Source of the DNA: an uncultured Methanomicrobiales archaeon
GTDB taxonomy: Archaea; Halobacteriota; Methanomicrobia; Methanomicrobiales; Methanospirillaceae
DNA length: 64,000 bases
NCBI GenBank assembly: GCA_963758915.1
Contig: CAVWXH010000005.1
Span: 1 to 64,000, forward strand
Reading direction: 5' to 3'
The translations under genes were made by a program, and so were the position numbers. Positions 42,443 through 53,662 of this stretch are shown here, piece after piece (position 1 is the first letter of the stretch; each line of letters opens with the position of its first letter). The notes beneath the pieces were generated by a model. It searched no databases. It had not been told where the DNA came from and was given only the letters and a program-made list of their open reading frames with translations.

Positions 42443-43801
42443 TCACTCTTGCGGATCTGTTTGCCGAAATAAGATCAGCATGATCATACCGATTACCCCG
42501 GTTACCATTACCATAACAAGTATCGAATGGTCCGTGAACCCAAGAACTGCGATTACCCCGGCAATAGCAAGATTTCTCTGTGCTGTTCCGAATGCGAGGA
42601 CTTTTTTCATCCCGGGACTGCCTCCGAACAGCCAGCCGATACCGAAGGCCAGGAGAAGAAGGATTATCGCCGCGAACAACCCCTTCGTGCCGATTATCTG
42701 CTGCAATTCGTCGAAATAAACCCAGAAGACTGCCCCGAAACTGACAATAATGGCGGCATAGGATATTTTCGATAACCACGGACCGAATTTAACCGCGGCT
42801 TGTTCCTTCTTTGACCGTACCATGAGGCCAGCTGCAAGGGGGACAACCAGGAGCAGGAGCAGGACGAGGATGATGACCGGGAGATTCAAGTTCCCGGCGG
42901 GAACGAGTGCGTAGAGGATGAACGGGATATAGACGACACTCAGGACTGTCAGGAACAGGGCGATGACACCCGCTATGGAATAATTATCCCCGCCCACCTG
43001 AACGATCCGGGGAAGGAACGGTACACCCGCAGCGGCAGCCATGATGATAAGGCCAACAGCGATCCCGGGCGGAAGACTGAGAGTGGTTGCCAGGAGGTAT
43101 GCCACAAGCGGTAGCACGATAAAGTTGATGACCAGGACGAGGATTACAAGTTTTTTATCCGTCAGCGGACCGGGGAGAACTTTCCTTGGAATCGAGAAAC
43201 CCAGTGCGAGCATCCCGGTAATGGCAAAGATAATGATCCCGGTATACGATGCGAACAGGAGTATCTCGTTAATTTTCGATGCAAAGAACAGTACAAAGAA
43301 CGCTGCAATCAGGAACCCGGAAACGGTGAAGATGAGTGATGGCAACCGCTTCCATTTGAACACCCATGCGATGACGGGTGTCCCGTAGAGGCCGATACCC
43401 GGTATCCAGGCAATGAAACAGCAGGAAACAGCCCCATATTTCTTTATTAACGGGTGTTTATCAGAAATTTTTGATACCTTGTCGATCCAGTTCCTGACCT
43501 TTTCGGATGAGGCTGACAACCCGTCGCAGATCTCAAAAATTGCCATTACCATTCCAACAGCGAAACAGCCCATTATGACAAGGATTACAGCGGGGGATAA
43601 CCCCATGGCCATCCCGACAGGGGGTGCAGCAGCCTGGAGCAGTAATGTCGAGGTGACCATTGCCAGGATTTCTGCACTGCTCACCCCAATCACGGCACCA
43701 ATCAGCAGGGGGAGTACTACCGCAATCCCAATAAACAGCAGTAGCGCCTTTGATAACTTTTTTAACACAAGTCTTCCGGTACGGGGCCCTTTCTCATCCA
43801 T
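42443..43801 (-). CDS. Bile acid:sodium symporter (BASS) family protein with N-terminal small-multidrug-export-like domain
   Basis: N-terminal KKYG...IPGIGLYG module. C-terminal MLALG...NFIVLP...AAGVPFLP...GTAQRNLA. Confidence 0.8.
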   Translation of the reverse strand: MDEKGPRTGRLVLKKLSKALLLFIGIAVVLPLLIGAVIGVSSAEILAMVTSTLLLQAAAPPVGMAMGLSPAVILVIMGCFAVGMVMAIFEICDGLSASSEKVRNWIDKVSKISDKHPLIKKYGAVSCCFIAWIPGIGLYGTPVIAWVFKWKRLPSLIFTVSGFLIAAFFVLFFASKINEILLFASYTGIIIFAITGMLALGFSIPRKVLPGPLTDKKLVILVLVINFIVLPLVAYLLATTLSLPPGIAVGLIIMAAAAGVPFLPRIVQVGGDNYSIAGVIALFLTVLSVVYIPFILYALVPAGNLNLPVIILVLLLLLVVPLAAGLMVRSKKEQAAVKFGPWLSKISYAAIIVSFGAVFWVYFDELQQIIGTKGLFAAIILLLLAFGIGWLFGGSPGMKKVLAFGTAQRNLAIAGVIAVLGFTDHSILVMVMVTGVIGMIMLILFRQTDPQE

Positions 43802-44054
43802 GATATGTAGTCATTGTGATTCCAGATCTTAATAATAGATTCGAATATTCCTATAACTCCAGGAAGCGGGGACCGGGTCTTCCCACCAGGCCCACATGGG
43901 GCCGGTGTTATTCCTGCCGGATCCGAAATATGGGAAAAAAGTCCCTGGGGGTTTTGAAAAATGAACCCGATGATCGGGGAATAACCAGGTTAATGCTTTA
44001 CCTTCCAGCCCGGAATGATTTCAAATTCCCAGGAAAAGAATTTCCCCGGGTGTA

Positions 44055-44329
44055 TTAACCCAGGATCTTTTTCTTGGCAGCTGCGAACTCTTCGTCGGAT
44101 AAGACACCCGATGTATGAAGGTCTGCCAGTTGTTTCAGTTGGGCAATAGTAGCATCGCTCATACCACCAGCCGCCGGGGCAGGGGCTGCTGCCTGGGCCT
44201 GTGCTGCCCCATCCTGTCTTGCCTGTTCTACTGCTGCCTGCTGGTTGCTGCCTGTGCCTGCATCTGCTGCTGGGCCTTCTGCTCACCCATCTTCATCCCG
44301 GCTGCCATCATTAACATCCTTCCTCTCAT
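44055..44329 (-). CDS. SHOCT-domain protein (Q/A-rich; one frameshift ~44245)
   Basis: MRGRMLMMAAG...QQQMQAQAA / QQAAVEQ...IAQLKQLADLHTSGVLSDEEFAAAKKKILG*. Starts 1 bp after the DUF6325 stop. Confidence 0.8.
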
Positions 44330-44330
44330 T

Positions 44331-44795
44331 TCAAACCCCTCCTTGTCCAAACAATACTTTTTCTGCGTACGTCACAATTTCGGGTGGAATGCGTCCCATG
44401 TCGACAAGCTCTGCATCTGCCTCAAGTAATGCCTTTTTAAACCCGATAGCCCAGACGTTTTCAAACAACAGGAGCGCCGCAGCGCTGTTCTTTGGTAATG
44501 ACTCCGCGATTACTTCGATATCCGGCTCAGTGAACCATTCGCTCGTATTCTTGACCAGTTCACGAAATGCGTTGCCAACCTCTCCTTCGAGGTTCTTCGG
44601 CTCAACCGTTCCGAGTTTTCCATTTGCGTCCCTTATAAGAAAGACGAGATCAATCACGCGGACGATTCCTGCTTTTTCCAGTCGCAGGAGTTCAGGGGCA
44701 ATCTTTCCGGTAAATTTATTGCCCGGAAACCTGACCATCAGGTAGTCTACCGGACCGTTAACCCGCCCCGGTTTTTTGGTATCCATTTGTGTCAT
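44331..44795 (-). CDS. DUF6325/DUF1269 family protein
   Basis: GPVDYLMVRFPGNKFTG...GIVRVIDL...SAAALLLFENVWA...GRIP. Confidence 0.85.
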   Translation of the reverse strand: MTQMDTKKPGRVNGPVDYLMVRFPGNKFTGKIAPELLRLEKAGIVRVIDLVFLIRDANGKLGTVEPKNLEGEVGNAFRELVKNTSEWFTEPDIEVIAESLPKNSAAALLLFENVWAIGFKKALLEADAELVDMGRIPPEIVTYAEKVLFGQGGV

Positions 44796-45079
44796 AGTCA
44801 AACCTCTACTATCCTCAATGTTGAGTGTAGTTATTGGAGAGAGCACTTCTCGTATAAAATTTTCTATGATGGATCCGGATCAAAAGCAATATTCTGAATT
44901 ATTGCGGAAGTTACCACCTCTGCTTGGCGGTTCACATCTTGAAATCACGGGTTGTTCAATCCACCCTTGGTATGCGAAACGGGTTTTTTGACCAGTAATA
45001 AAAAATCCTGCATCATAACCTTGTGTGTCGTTAAGAAAGCCCGGGTATTAAAAGTTACACATTTTCCAATTAAAAAAGG

Positions 45080-45910
45080 TTAGGTCCTGACCATCCTGGT
45101 TCTAAGCCTGAACCCGTTAACCGAGAGCATAAGCCCCAGTAAAAGGGCGATGACACCGACAATTGCCATGAGCGTCAGCAATACGCTCACCGGGTCTATG
45201 AATATCAGGACCCCGATCAGCAGTGAGAGGACTGCGATGATTACCCTGCTGGTAAAACCTTCAGGAATTGCAGCACGACCTTTTCCCGCCCTGATCAGCA
45301 GGATAATGGCGCTCGCAAACATCCATAGTGCAAGTATCCCGAGGAGTACAACAATCCACAGGGCAAGGGGCAGGTAAAATGCGATAATTCCAACCACCAT
45401 GATCCCGATCCCGTGATACAGGAGACTGCCGGGAAGTACCCTGAAGGGACTGAATGCTATCCCCTGGCCTGCGGTAATGATGCCGAGGGAAATAATTGCC
45501 AGCGGGACCATGAGATTCATGAGGCCTTTGAACGACAGCATCGGGTTGACAACAATGAATATCCCGATGAGCATGAGAAGGGCCCCTACAAGGACCTGCT
45601 CTTTCCAGGAACGTTTCTGGTCTTCCAGGATTTCCTTTTCGTTACCCGTCTTTTTCCTGGTCCCGGCAATCAGGGTTATCACGGTATCCCCGATCATCAG
45701 GAGAAGCGGGGCATCGTCAATGAGATGGAGGTAGGGGTGGACCTTCGGGTCATGGTTGTCGAGGTGAACGTGCCATTCTGCCTGCTGTTCATGGACATGG
45801 AACTGCCCCTTCCGGTAACTTGCGATGGTCCCCGGGGTGGGGACATTTATCGGGGATTTGACCCAGCCGGCATCGAGCGGTTCGGTGACCGATTCTTTCA
45901 GCACGATCAC
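45080..45910 (-). CDS. His-rich soluble domain fused to DUF308 membrane domain (start uncertain)
   Basis: FHVHE...WHVHLDNHDPKVHPYLHLIDDAP followed by six DUF308-like TMs. Confidence 0.75.
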   Translation of the reverse strand: MIVLKESVTEPLDAGWVKSPINVPTPGTIASYRKGQFHVHEQQAEWHVHLDNHDPKVHPYLHLIDDAPLLLMIGDTVITLIAGTRKKTGNEKEILEDQKRSWKEQVLVGALLMLIGIFIVVNPMLSFKGLMNLMVPLAIISLGIITAGQGIAFSPFRVLPGSLLYHGIGIMVVGIIAFYLPLALWIVVLLGILALWMFASAIILLIRAGKGRAAIPEGFTSRVIIAVLSLLIGVLIFIDPVSVLLTLMAIVGVIALLLGLMLSVNGFRLRTRMVRT

Positions 45911-46162
45911 CTCCCATACCCCGTCATTCAGCGGACCCAGGAATTCGTCTAATGTTGTCAGGATCTCTGTCTCCTGTTCGTAATAATGATAGAGATTTGC
46001 CCTCTATTAATAGCCTCATGTTATAATTCCTGTGAACCCGGGAACAACAATGTGCCTCCTGAAACAGGGATAGCGAACATATTTTTTCCTTCACTGCAGG
46101 TTCACAAAACTATAAATTCTCGCAGGAGTCATTAGGCGAACGTAATATCTGGAGGAATTAAC

Positions 46163-46693
46163 ATGGTAGAATTTGGACCGATATCACTGTTAGCGATTGG
46201 ATTCCCGGAAATCAAGAACCTGGATGGAGCATTGATCAAGGAATTATTCGCACTGAGTGATGCAAGGATAATTAGTATCATCGGACTTATGGCAATTGTA
46301 AAGGATGATAAAGGAAAAATTGCATCTGTCCAGCTTACCGAATATTCTGATGAAGACAGGATTCGCCTGGGAGCTGCAATCGGAGCACTCATCGGCTATG
46401 GTGCCGCCGGTGAAAAGGGTGCCATAGCGGGTGCAAATGCCGGTGCTGAGGCTGCGTATTACAAGGAATTTGGACTGAGCCACGAACAGATTAAGGACAT
46501 TGCAAAGGATATGCCGAAAGGTACTGCTGCCGGCTTCCTGCTCATCGAGCACCTGTGGGCCAAGAAATTCAAGGAGATCGCCATGGAAAAGCACGGGGTT
46601 GTTCTCGCCAACGGTTTCGTATCTCCGCTGGCATTCGTTGCGCTCGGTGCAGAACTTGCTGAAGGGAAAAAGACCGCAGCAAAATTAAAGTAA
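46163..46693 (+). CDS. DUF1269/DUF6325-like protein with glycine zipper
   Basis: GPI.LLAIGF, LGAAIGALIGYGAAG, LLIEHLWA. Paralog of 54623. Confidence 0.85.
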   Translation: MVEFGPISLLAIGFPEIKNLDGALIKELFALSDARIISIIGLMAIVKDDKGKIASVQLTEYSDEDRIRLGAAIGALIGYGAAGEKGAIAGANAGAEAAYYKEFGLSHEQIKDIAKDMPKGTAAGFLLIEHLWAKKFKEIAMEKHGVVLANGFVSPLAFVALGAELAEGKKTAAKLK

Positions 46694-47029
46694 CTGGGGT
46701 GGTATCCACTCACACCCGGATTTTTTCCGGTTTTAACCTTTACAGCAGAACAATTTTTTAGAATTCCCAAAAGTTATTACCCAATGGTTGCCGTTCTGGA
46801 AAACGAAGTATTTTTGCGGAAACTGGCCTAATTGTGTGAAATTAATCAGTATGTTACCGTTTTTTATTGACAGATCCCTGTCCGTTTCGTTTCCTTTCAT
46901 CCTGCCAGGAGGAAGGAGATCCTTTTTCGTCAATGAAAACCTCTATCAGTTGAGAATCGGCGGGAAACCTGCGAAAGGTATATCCAACGTCATCTGAATA
47001 CTACACTAGATATAAGACCCCGGTGTGAC

Positions 47030-48748
47030 ATGGCCGACCCTGACCGACCCTCCCCCGTTCCCGAATCAAAGCTCACCCGGGCGATTCCGATCCTGAAATG
47101 GCTTCCCTTATATAACCGCAGGTGGCTGAAATTTGACCTGGTTGCCGGTCTTACCCTTGCCATGTTCGCCATCCCGGACAACATGGCATATGCAACGCTT
47201 GCAGGCCTGCCCCCTGAATATGGCCTCTATGCGGGGATCATGGCCCCGCTGGGATATTTTATATTTGCCTCCTCCCGCCAGGCATCCGTCGGGCCCAGTT
47301 CATCCGAAGCATTAATGGTCGGGTCTTTCCTCGGTGTCCTTGCAATCACCAGTTTCACGCAGTACGCAGCACTTGCCGGCCTGACGGCAATCCTCGTCGG
47401 GATCATCGCAATTATCGCCTGGGCGCTCCGGATGGGGTTTTTAGTAAACCTGATCTCCGGGCCGGTCCTGAAGGGATTCCTTGCCGGGGCAGGGATAGTA
47501 ATCATCGCTTCACAGATCCCGAAACTTCTTGGTATTTCCGGTGCCCCATCTGATTTCTTCCCGAAAATCGTATATGTCCTCCAGAACCTGGACCAGACAA
47601 ATATCTACTCACTCACTCTTGGTATTCTCGCAATCGTCGCCATACTGGCAATTGAAAAGAAGTACCCCCGGGTGCCCGGCTCACTCATCATTGTTATCGC
47701 GGCCATCATTTTCATGACGTATTCGAGTTTTGTGGAGAAAGGAGTTGAGATACTGGGGTATATCCCCCCCGGTCTTCCAACAATTGGCATCCCTGAGTTC
47801 ACCGCCGCAGATGTAGGGACCGTGTTTCCTCTTGCGGTAGCGTTATTTATCCTGTCGTACGTGGAGCTCAGCACCATCGCCAAGACCTATGCCCAGAAAA
47901 ACAGGTACCAGGTCGATATGAACCAGGAACTTCTGGCCCTTGGTGCAGGCAGTGTTGCTGCAGGTGCGGGACAGGGTTTTCCTGTTGCCGGAAGTTTCAG
48001 CAAGTCGGCAGTAAATGACCGCAGCGGGGCAAAAACCCCCATGGCCGGGGCAATTGCCGCAGGTGTCACGATAATCGTCGTCCTGTTCTTCACCAGTTTT
48101 TTTTACAACCTCCCGGAGTGTGTCATTGCCGCTCTTATCATCGTTGCCGTGGTAAACATGGTAAATATCTTTGAACTTCAACGGATCCGGTCACTCGACA
48201 GGACTGAATTTTCAATTGCGATTGTGACCCTGCTCAGTGTGCTGGTTTTTGGAATCCTGCAGGGTGTCATCATCGGAACAGGGCTTTCACTCGTTGCCCT
48301 CCTGTACAGAATTGCATTTCCCCATATGGCGGTAATGGGGAGAGTTCCCGGTACTGAAATATTCGGGGATATCGAGAGGAAACCGGCGAAGGACCAGGTC
48401 CCGGGAGTACTGATATTCAGGGTGGATTCCCCGGTGTTGTTTGCGAATGCAAACGTGATCAGGGAACAACTCGATGAACTCATGGGAACAACAGTCCCGG
48501 CGGTGAAACTGGTAATTCTCGATTTCTATTCCTCCCCGATGCTTGACGTCACGGGAGCAGATATGATACGGGACCTGCTTACTGACTTTTCCCGGAAAGG
48601 GATCGAACTCCGGCTTGCCAATACAACCGGCCAGGTCAGGGACCTGATCAGGAAAGCAGGCCTCGTAGAAAAACTTGGAGGATTAACTGCAACAGATACG
48701 ATTTCAACAGTCCTTGATGAATGGGAGGGCAAAAATCATAGGAAATAG
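47030..48748 (+). CDS. SulP/SLC26 anion permease with STAS domain
   Basis: DLVAGLT, AYATLAGLPPEYGLY, NQELLALG, GSFSKS. STAS: FRVDSPVLFANA...DVTG. Confidence 0.95.
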   Translation: MADPDRPSPVPESKLTRAIPILKWLPLYNRRWLKFDLVAGLTLAMFAIPDNMAYATLAGLPPEYGLYAGIMAPLGYFIFASSRQASVGPSSSEALMVGSFLGVLAITSFTQYAALAGLTAILVGIIAIIAWALRMGFLVNLISGPVLKGFLAGAGIVIIASQIPKLLGISGAPSDFFPKIVYVLQNLDQTNIYSLTLGILAIVAILAIEKKYPRVPGSLIIVIAAIIFMTYSSFVEKGVEILGYIPPGLPTIGIPEFTAADVGTVFPLAVALFILSYVELSTIAKTYAQKNRYQVDMNQELLALGAGSVAAGAGQGFPVAGSFSKSAVNDRSGAKTPMAGAIAAGVTIIVVLFFTSFFYNLPECVIAALIIVAVVNMVNIFELQRIRSLDRTEFSIAIVTLLSVLVFGILQGVIIGTGLSLVALLYRIAFPHMAVMGRVPGTEIFGDIERKPAKDQVPGVLIFRVDSPVLFANANVIREQLDELMGTTVPAVKLVILDFYSSPMLDVTGADMIRDLLTDFSRKGIELRLANTTGQVRDLIRKAGLVEKLGGLTATDTISTVLDEWEGKNHRK

Positions 48749-48864
48749 AATTCTGGATTTAATTATATTTTTTTAAAGATTATTCATCCTGGCACGTGCT
48801 CAATTATTTATGCAGGAACGGGAAATAGCACATTCATAATTTATTGTCTTTACGGTGATCAACA

Positions 48865-49611
48865 ATGGAAAAAACATCCGGTAAGCCTAACGTCACAATT
48901 TCAAACAGCGGCTGTGAAATGAACGAACAGGACAAAGCGACCATGGTCATGATGACATTTTCAAACCTGCGTCGTGTCAGTTTCTGCGAAGTCATACTGT
49001 GGTGCGGTTTTGGCGGGACGTACGGTACAACCGGGCTGAATGACCCGAAAGATTCATGCCCGGAAGCCCTTTACAAGGGCCTCAGTAATGAGACGCTGGC
49101 TGCACAGTACCAGGTAAAGAGTGCCTCCCTCAACCCTCCCCGGGGCCGCAGGATCTGGTTATTGGACATATTGGAGATACCTGCGTCGACGACGGTGCGG
49201 GATTTCAACGGCCTCAAGGCACATTACTGGGGCCAGGTGGGGCCGGGACCCGACGGCGAACCATTGAAACTCGATCCCAGGAAACTCCAGTATAAGCCAC
49301 TGTATTTTGAACGTAATTCGGTCATCACCTTTGAAAAAGGGAAACCGGTCTTCCTGCTGGAGGACAATGAGGGCACAACATGGGTCTATAAGAACTACAC
49401 GACCGCCATGGACCCGACCATTACCTATGAGGACCTTCCGAACCTCGACAAAAGACTTAAGGACCTCCCTGCAGGGTTTAAATTCCGGACTAAAACCCTT
49501 GATAAGGATCTCGTCATAAAAGCAGTTGACGGGAAGGCACGGATCATGTGGGACGAACTGGGTGGTTCCTGGGACGCACTGGACCCCGGCGTGGCAAATT
49601 ATGTGCCCTAG
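48865..49611 (+). CDS. Conserved hypothetical protein (homolog of 51163-51837)
   Basis: FCEV...TTGLND...CP...NPPR...W.LD...GKPVFLL...DLPNL.KRL..LPAGF.F..KTLDKDL. Confidence 0.8.
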   Translation: MEKTSGKPNVTISNSGCEMNEQDKATMVMMTFSNLRRVSFCEVILWCGFGGTYGTTGLNDPKDSCPEALYKGLSNETLAAQYQVKSASLNPPRGRRIWLLDILEIPASTTVRDFNGLKAHYWGQVGPGPDGEPLKLDPRKLQYKPLYFERNSVITFEKGKPVFLLEDNEGTTWVYKNYTTAMDPTITYEDLPNLDKRLKDLPAGFKFRTKTLDKDLVIKAVDGKARIMWDELGGSWDALDPGVANYVP

Positions 49612-49747
49612 AATGGGATCCCCTTCTATTTTTTTGGTAGTTATACCTTGAAGACCGGGTATTTGTTGTAAAAAAATGAAGAATATCTGATGAAGGTCTT
49701 ATAAGACCGGATGAAACTGGTTAAGTACTACGTTGGTGATGTTTGAA

Positions 49748-51132
49748 ATGGAAAACAGTTCGAAACGACCGGGAGATACAATCAGCCTCGCTGATGCCCG
49801 TGAGATTGCCAGGGAGGCCTATATTTTCGGTTACCCGATGGTAGCCAACAACCGTGTCCAGTATACCTACTTTGTCAACCGGCAGAGCCCCGAATTTAAG
49901 GCGCCCTGGAACCATATCTGCAATATCCCCCGGGTTTATACGCCGGATGACCGGGCAACGGTGGCACCGAACTCGGACACGCCGTACTCCTTCCTCGGCA
50001 TGGACCTGCGGGCTGAACCGATCGTGCTTACCGTGCCCCACGTCGATGAGGGGCGTTATTTCAGTATCCAGCTCGTTGATTTATTCACGTTCAACTTCGA
50101 CTATATCAGCAGCCGGATGACGGGGAACGATGGGGGCCATTTCCTGGTTGCCGGTCCGGGATGGAAAGGGACAATCCCCGATGGGATCAGGAAGGTGTTT
50201 CACTCGGAGACCGAACTGGCGATGGCAATGTTCCGGACGCAGCTCTTTGGCCCTGACGATCTGAATAATGTAAAGAAAATCCAGGAGGGCTACAACGTAC
50301 AGACATTGTCAGAATTCCATGGGTAAGCCCGCACCCCGGGACGCTCCCAAAATCAATTTTATTGAACCATTAACCCCCGAACAACAAAAGACATCTGCCG
50401 AATTTTTCTCGGCCTTAAACTTTGTCCTTAACGTTCTGCCCGGTCCATCCTTCGGAGAAGGGGCTCATGGACCGGTTTGCACAAATCGGTGTAGGGGCTG
50501 GCAGGGATTTTAATGCAGGGGCCCTCTCTCCTGAAATGAGGGGGGCCATCGAACAGGGAATTGCCGGTGCCTGGGCCGAGTTCGCTGACCTCAAAAAGAA
50601 CCGTTTCGACACCCATGAAGTGGTCTTCGGGGATGTCTACGGTACACGGGAGTACCTGAAGAATAACTATCTCTACCGTATGGCAGGTGTCGTCATGGGC
50701 CTCTTCGGGGCATCGAAAGAGGAGGCGATGTACCCGTTATATGCCGTTGATTCAGACGGGGGTGCACTGGACGGGGCTAACCATTACTCACTGCGGTTTG
50801 AGCCGGGCGACCTTCCGCCCGTGAATGCCTTCTGGTCGCTGACGATGTACGGGTTGCCTGAGTTCCTCCTGGTAGCCAATCCCATCAACCGGTACCTGAT
50901 CAACTCCCCGATGCTGCCACAGCTCAGGCGGGATCCCGATGGCGGACTGACCCTGGTTATCAGTCACGATCCCCCGGGCAGGGACTGGGAGACAAACTGG
51001 CTTCCCGCACCAAAGGGGGCCTTTATCATGGCGTTGCGTCTCTACTGGCCGAAAGAAGAGGCGATAAACGCCACCTGGACCGCCCCGGAACTCGTGAAGG
51101 ATGATCCGGTGAAGGCTGCGAAGAATAAATAA
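49748..51132 (+). CDS. DUF1254/DUF1214 domain protein (~2 frameshifts, ~50315 and ~50432)
   Basis: EAYIFGYP, PNSDTPYS..DLRAEP, PPVNAFWSLTMY, NPINRYLINS, NWLPAP, LRLYWP. Confidence 0.85.
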
Positions 51133-51162
51133 GTCAGGTCGCCCATTAAGAAAAAAGAGTGG

Positions 51163-51837
51163 ATGATTATGAGCAAAACTGAAAATACTCTCTATGTTGA
51201 AAAGGCCCGTGGCTATGCCCAGTGCGAGATATTCCTGATGAAAAACGAGGCCGGGAACCTGGAAGCCCTGGTCTATAACACCACCGGGTTAAACGACTGT
51301 CCCCCGGCCAAGTATGATCCGATGGATGCAAAGGTGCTGGCACAAAAGACCCAGTCTGATGTGGTATGGAAGAACCCACGGCGCTTCTGGATGATGGACC
51401 ACCTGACGTTTTCCATTATCGGCGATCCCCGTGATTTCGACGGTCTCTCGTTTAATTTAGCCGCTAAAATGCAGATGCCCCCGGGATTCGACACATCGAA
51501 AGACCAGTCCTCACAGGCATATTCGCCGATGAAGATCCACCGTGTCTCCACGTACGAGTTCCTGGCAGGACGGATGGTCTTTATGCTGCGGTCGCCGGAT
51601 AACCACACCTTTGTCATGCAGACCTACACGAACCACGTTGACCACAGCCTGACCGAGGACGAACTCCCGGACCTGGGGAAACGGCTGAAACTTGCTGCCG
51701 GCTGGCAGTTCAAGGCAAAGACGCTCGACAAGAACCTGGTCATCAATACGACCGGCCTGGCCAACATCGTCCCGGACGACCTTGCGAACATGTACCAGGG
51801 CTGCATTGACGGCGTCAACAACTATGACCCCTGGTAG
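51163..51837 (+). CDS. Conserved hypothetical protein
   Basis: QCEIF...YNTTGLNDCP...NPRRFWMMD...FVMQTY...LPDLGKRLKL..GW...DDLANMYQ. Confidence 0.85.
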   Translation: MIMSKTENTLYVEKARGYAQCEIFLMKNEAGNLEALVYNTTGLNDCPPAKYDPMDAKVLAQKTQSDVVWKNPRRFWMMDHLTFSIIGDPRDFDGLSFNLAAKMQMPPGFDTSKDQSSQAYSPMKIHRVSTYEFLAGRMVFMLRSPDNHTFVMQTYTNHVDHSLTEDELPDLGKRLKLAAGWQFKAKTLDKNLVINTTGLANIVPDDLANMYQGCIDGVNNYDPW

Positions 51838-51989
51838 AGGTTTTGATATAAACATTTAGTCTGTAACGGGATGAAAAAAATACGAAGAATTGAATAGTAA
51901 TACATCTCCCGTCTCTTTTTATTGTTACCGGATACCGGTTTGGATTTAGTTCCCCATCATCATCTGTTCGGGGAATGGACCCGGGTTTT

Positions 51990-52683
51990 CTATGCCTTCA
52001 TATCTCCAGCATCCTGGTCGCGTGGCGGGTTGTGCAGGTTTCGGACAAGTATATACCCGCTGACCCCGAGCACCCATACCGGAAAGATCAGGGTTATCCA
52101 GGGGGAAATATCGATACTCAGCAACAGCACCAGCGCCAGCACGTATGTCAGGTAAGCCCAGCGACGGCGCATCGTACCGGTCCGGAGCCATATACTCGCC
52201 AGTGATATCATGAACACTCCTGCCATGCGGATGGCGTAGATATTGAAGATCTGGTACAGAATCGCCCTGTTGTAGACCAGTAAACCGCTTTGAAAGATAA
52301 TGTTCGAATCGATCGCATAACTGCTGAGCACACCTGCGGACAAGGCTGACCCGATGAAGGTTAATGCAAGAAATAACAGGCCACTGCCAAGGAAAACGGT
52401 TGCGAAGAGCCTGTCCTCCAGGTCACTGAGCCGGTCGCGGATCACCCCGATGAACCATAAAAATGCAATCCCTGAGTAAGGGATCAGGTTAAAGGCCAGG
52501 GCAACTGTTCCTGCAGCTTCTGATATTCATCCTGGTAAAGCCAGATACGGACTCGCTGGTAAGAGAGAGATTGATGAGCACCATGCTGGTACCGTAGAGC
52601 AGGGCAAAGATGATGCCGGCCAGAGCCGCAGACCGGGGTGTCTTGAGCGACTCCCGGTTGAAGGAAATTTTTGTCTCTGTCAT
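51990..52683 (-). CDS. Conserved hypothetical membrane protein (frameshift ~52530)
   Basis: LKTPRSAALAGIIF / GIAFLWFIGVIRDRL..EDRLFATVFLGSGLLF...RMAGVFM. Confidence 0.75.
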
Positions 52684-53121
52684 ACTGTTACTCTCTCAAT
52701 GTAGTTACATGGGGCGATGAATGACTCCCCTGACCTGAAGAATTTGTTTCTTGGAAAGAGTTCTCCTTAAAGTATATAAAACAATAATGGCAGGTAAGTT
52801 ACGAGTAGGCCCTCTTTTTGCCCGGCTTGTAACGAAATTTTCCTTTTCCGTAAAGGTACATGCAGGGGTCATGCCAAATGTATCCTGTTTCTGATATTCA
52901 CGGTGAAAATAAAAACCCACTAAATGACACCGTGAAAGAACTGATCGGGCAACATTCCAAAGCAGGTAACAACCGCCACGCTACTGACATAACTGACTGC
53001 TGGCGATAACGCAGCGGATCGGGTAGTCTGCAGGAAGGTCAGGCAGATCGGTTAACGTCACCGGGTGTCCCGCGAAAACATCCTGGCCGCAAGCAACACA
53101 AATCCGGAGAAAACAATAATC

Positions 53122-53662
53122 ATGACAACGAAAGGATCAGACTCTCAACCGGGCAACGAGCTGCCTGAACATAAGCGGACAAGCCTGGGACTCTACGTTA
53201 CCTCAAAAGAGGCATACGAGATGTGGAGGACCGAAGCCCGGGGAGGTCCACGTCGTCGATGTCCGTACCCCGGAAGAATACATATTTGTCGGCCACCCGG
53301 AGATGGCAAGGAACATTCCCCTCCTCTTTGTAAAACACCAGTGGGACACAGACAGGAAAGAGCCAGTAGTGGAACCCAATCCCGATTTCATCCGCCAGGT
53401 GAAAGGCTTGTATGCTCCCACCGATACGCTCCTTGTCATGTGCCGGTCAGGGGGCCGTAGTGCCATTGCGGTCAACCAACTGGCAAAAGCCGGGTTTTTG
53501 AACGTTTACAACATCACGGATGGTATGGAAGGGGACAAGGTGGACGACCCGGGCAGCGTATATTATGGGAAGCGGATGCGGAATGGCTGGAAAAATTCCG
53601 GGTTGCCCTGGACGTATGATATCAACCCCGGGATGTTATGGCCTGCCAGCGTTAATAGATAA
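53122..53662 (+). CDS. Rhodanese-like sulfurtransferase (frameshift ~53240)
   Basis: TSLGLYVT.KEAY / VDVRTPEEYIFVGHP, active loop MCRSGGRS, GMEGD...GWKNSGLPW. Confidence 0.85.

Noticed and set aside
52711-52735. Fluoride riboswitch near ClC (GGCGATGA...)
   Set aside because: It lacks the GATGGxGTTCxCC core and pseudoknot, and it is not upstream of the ClC start.
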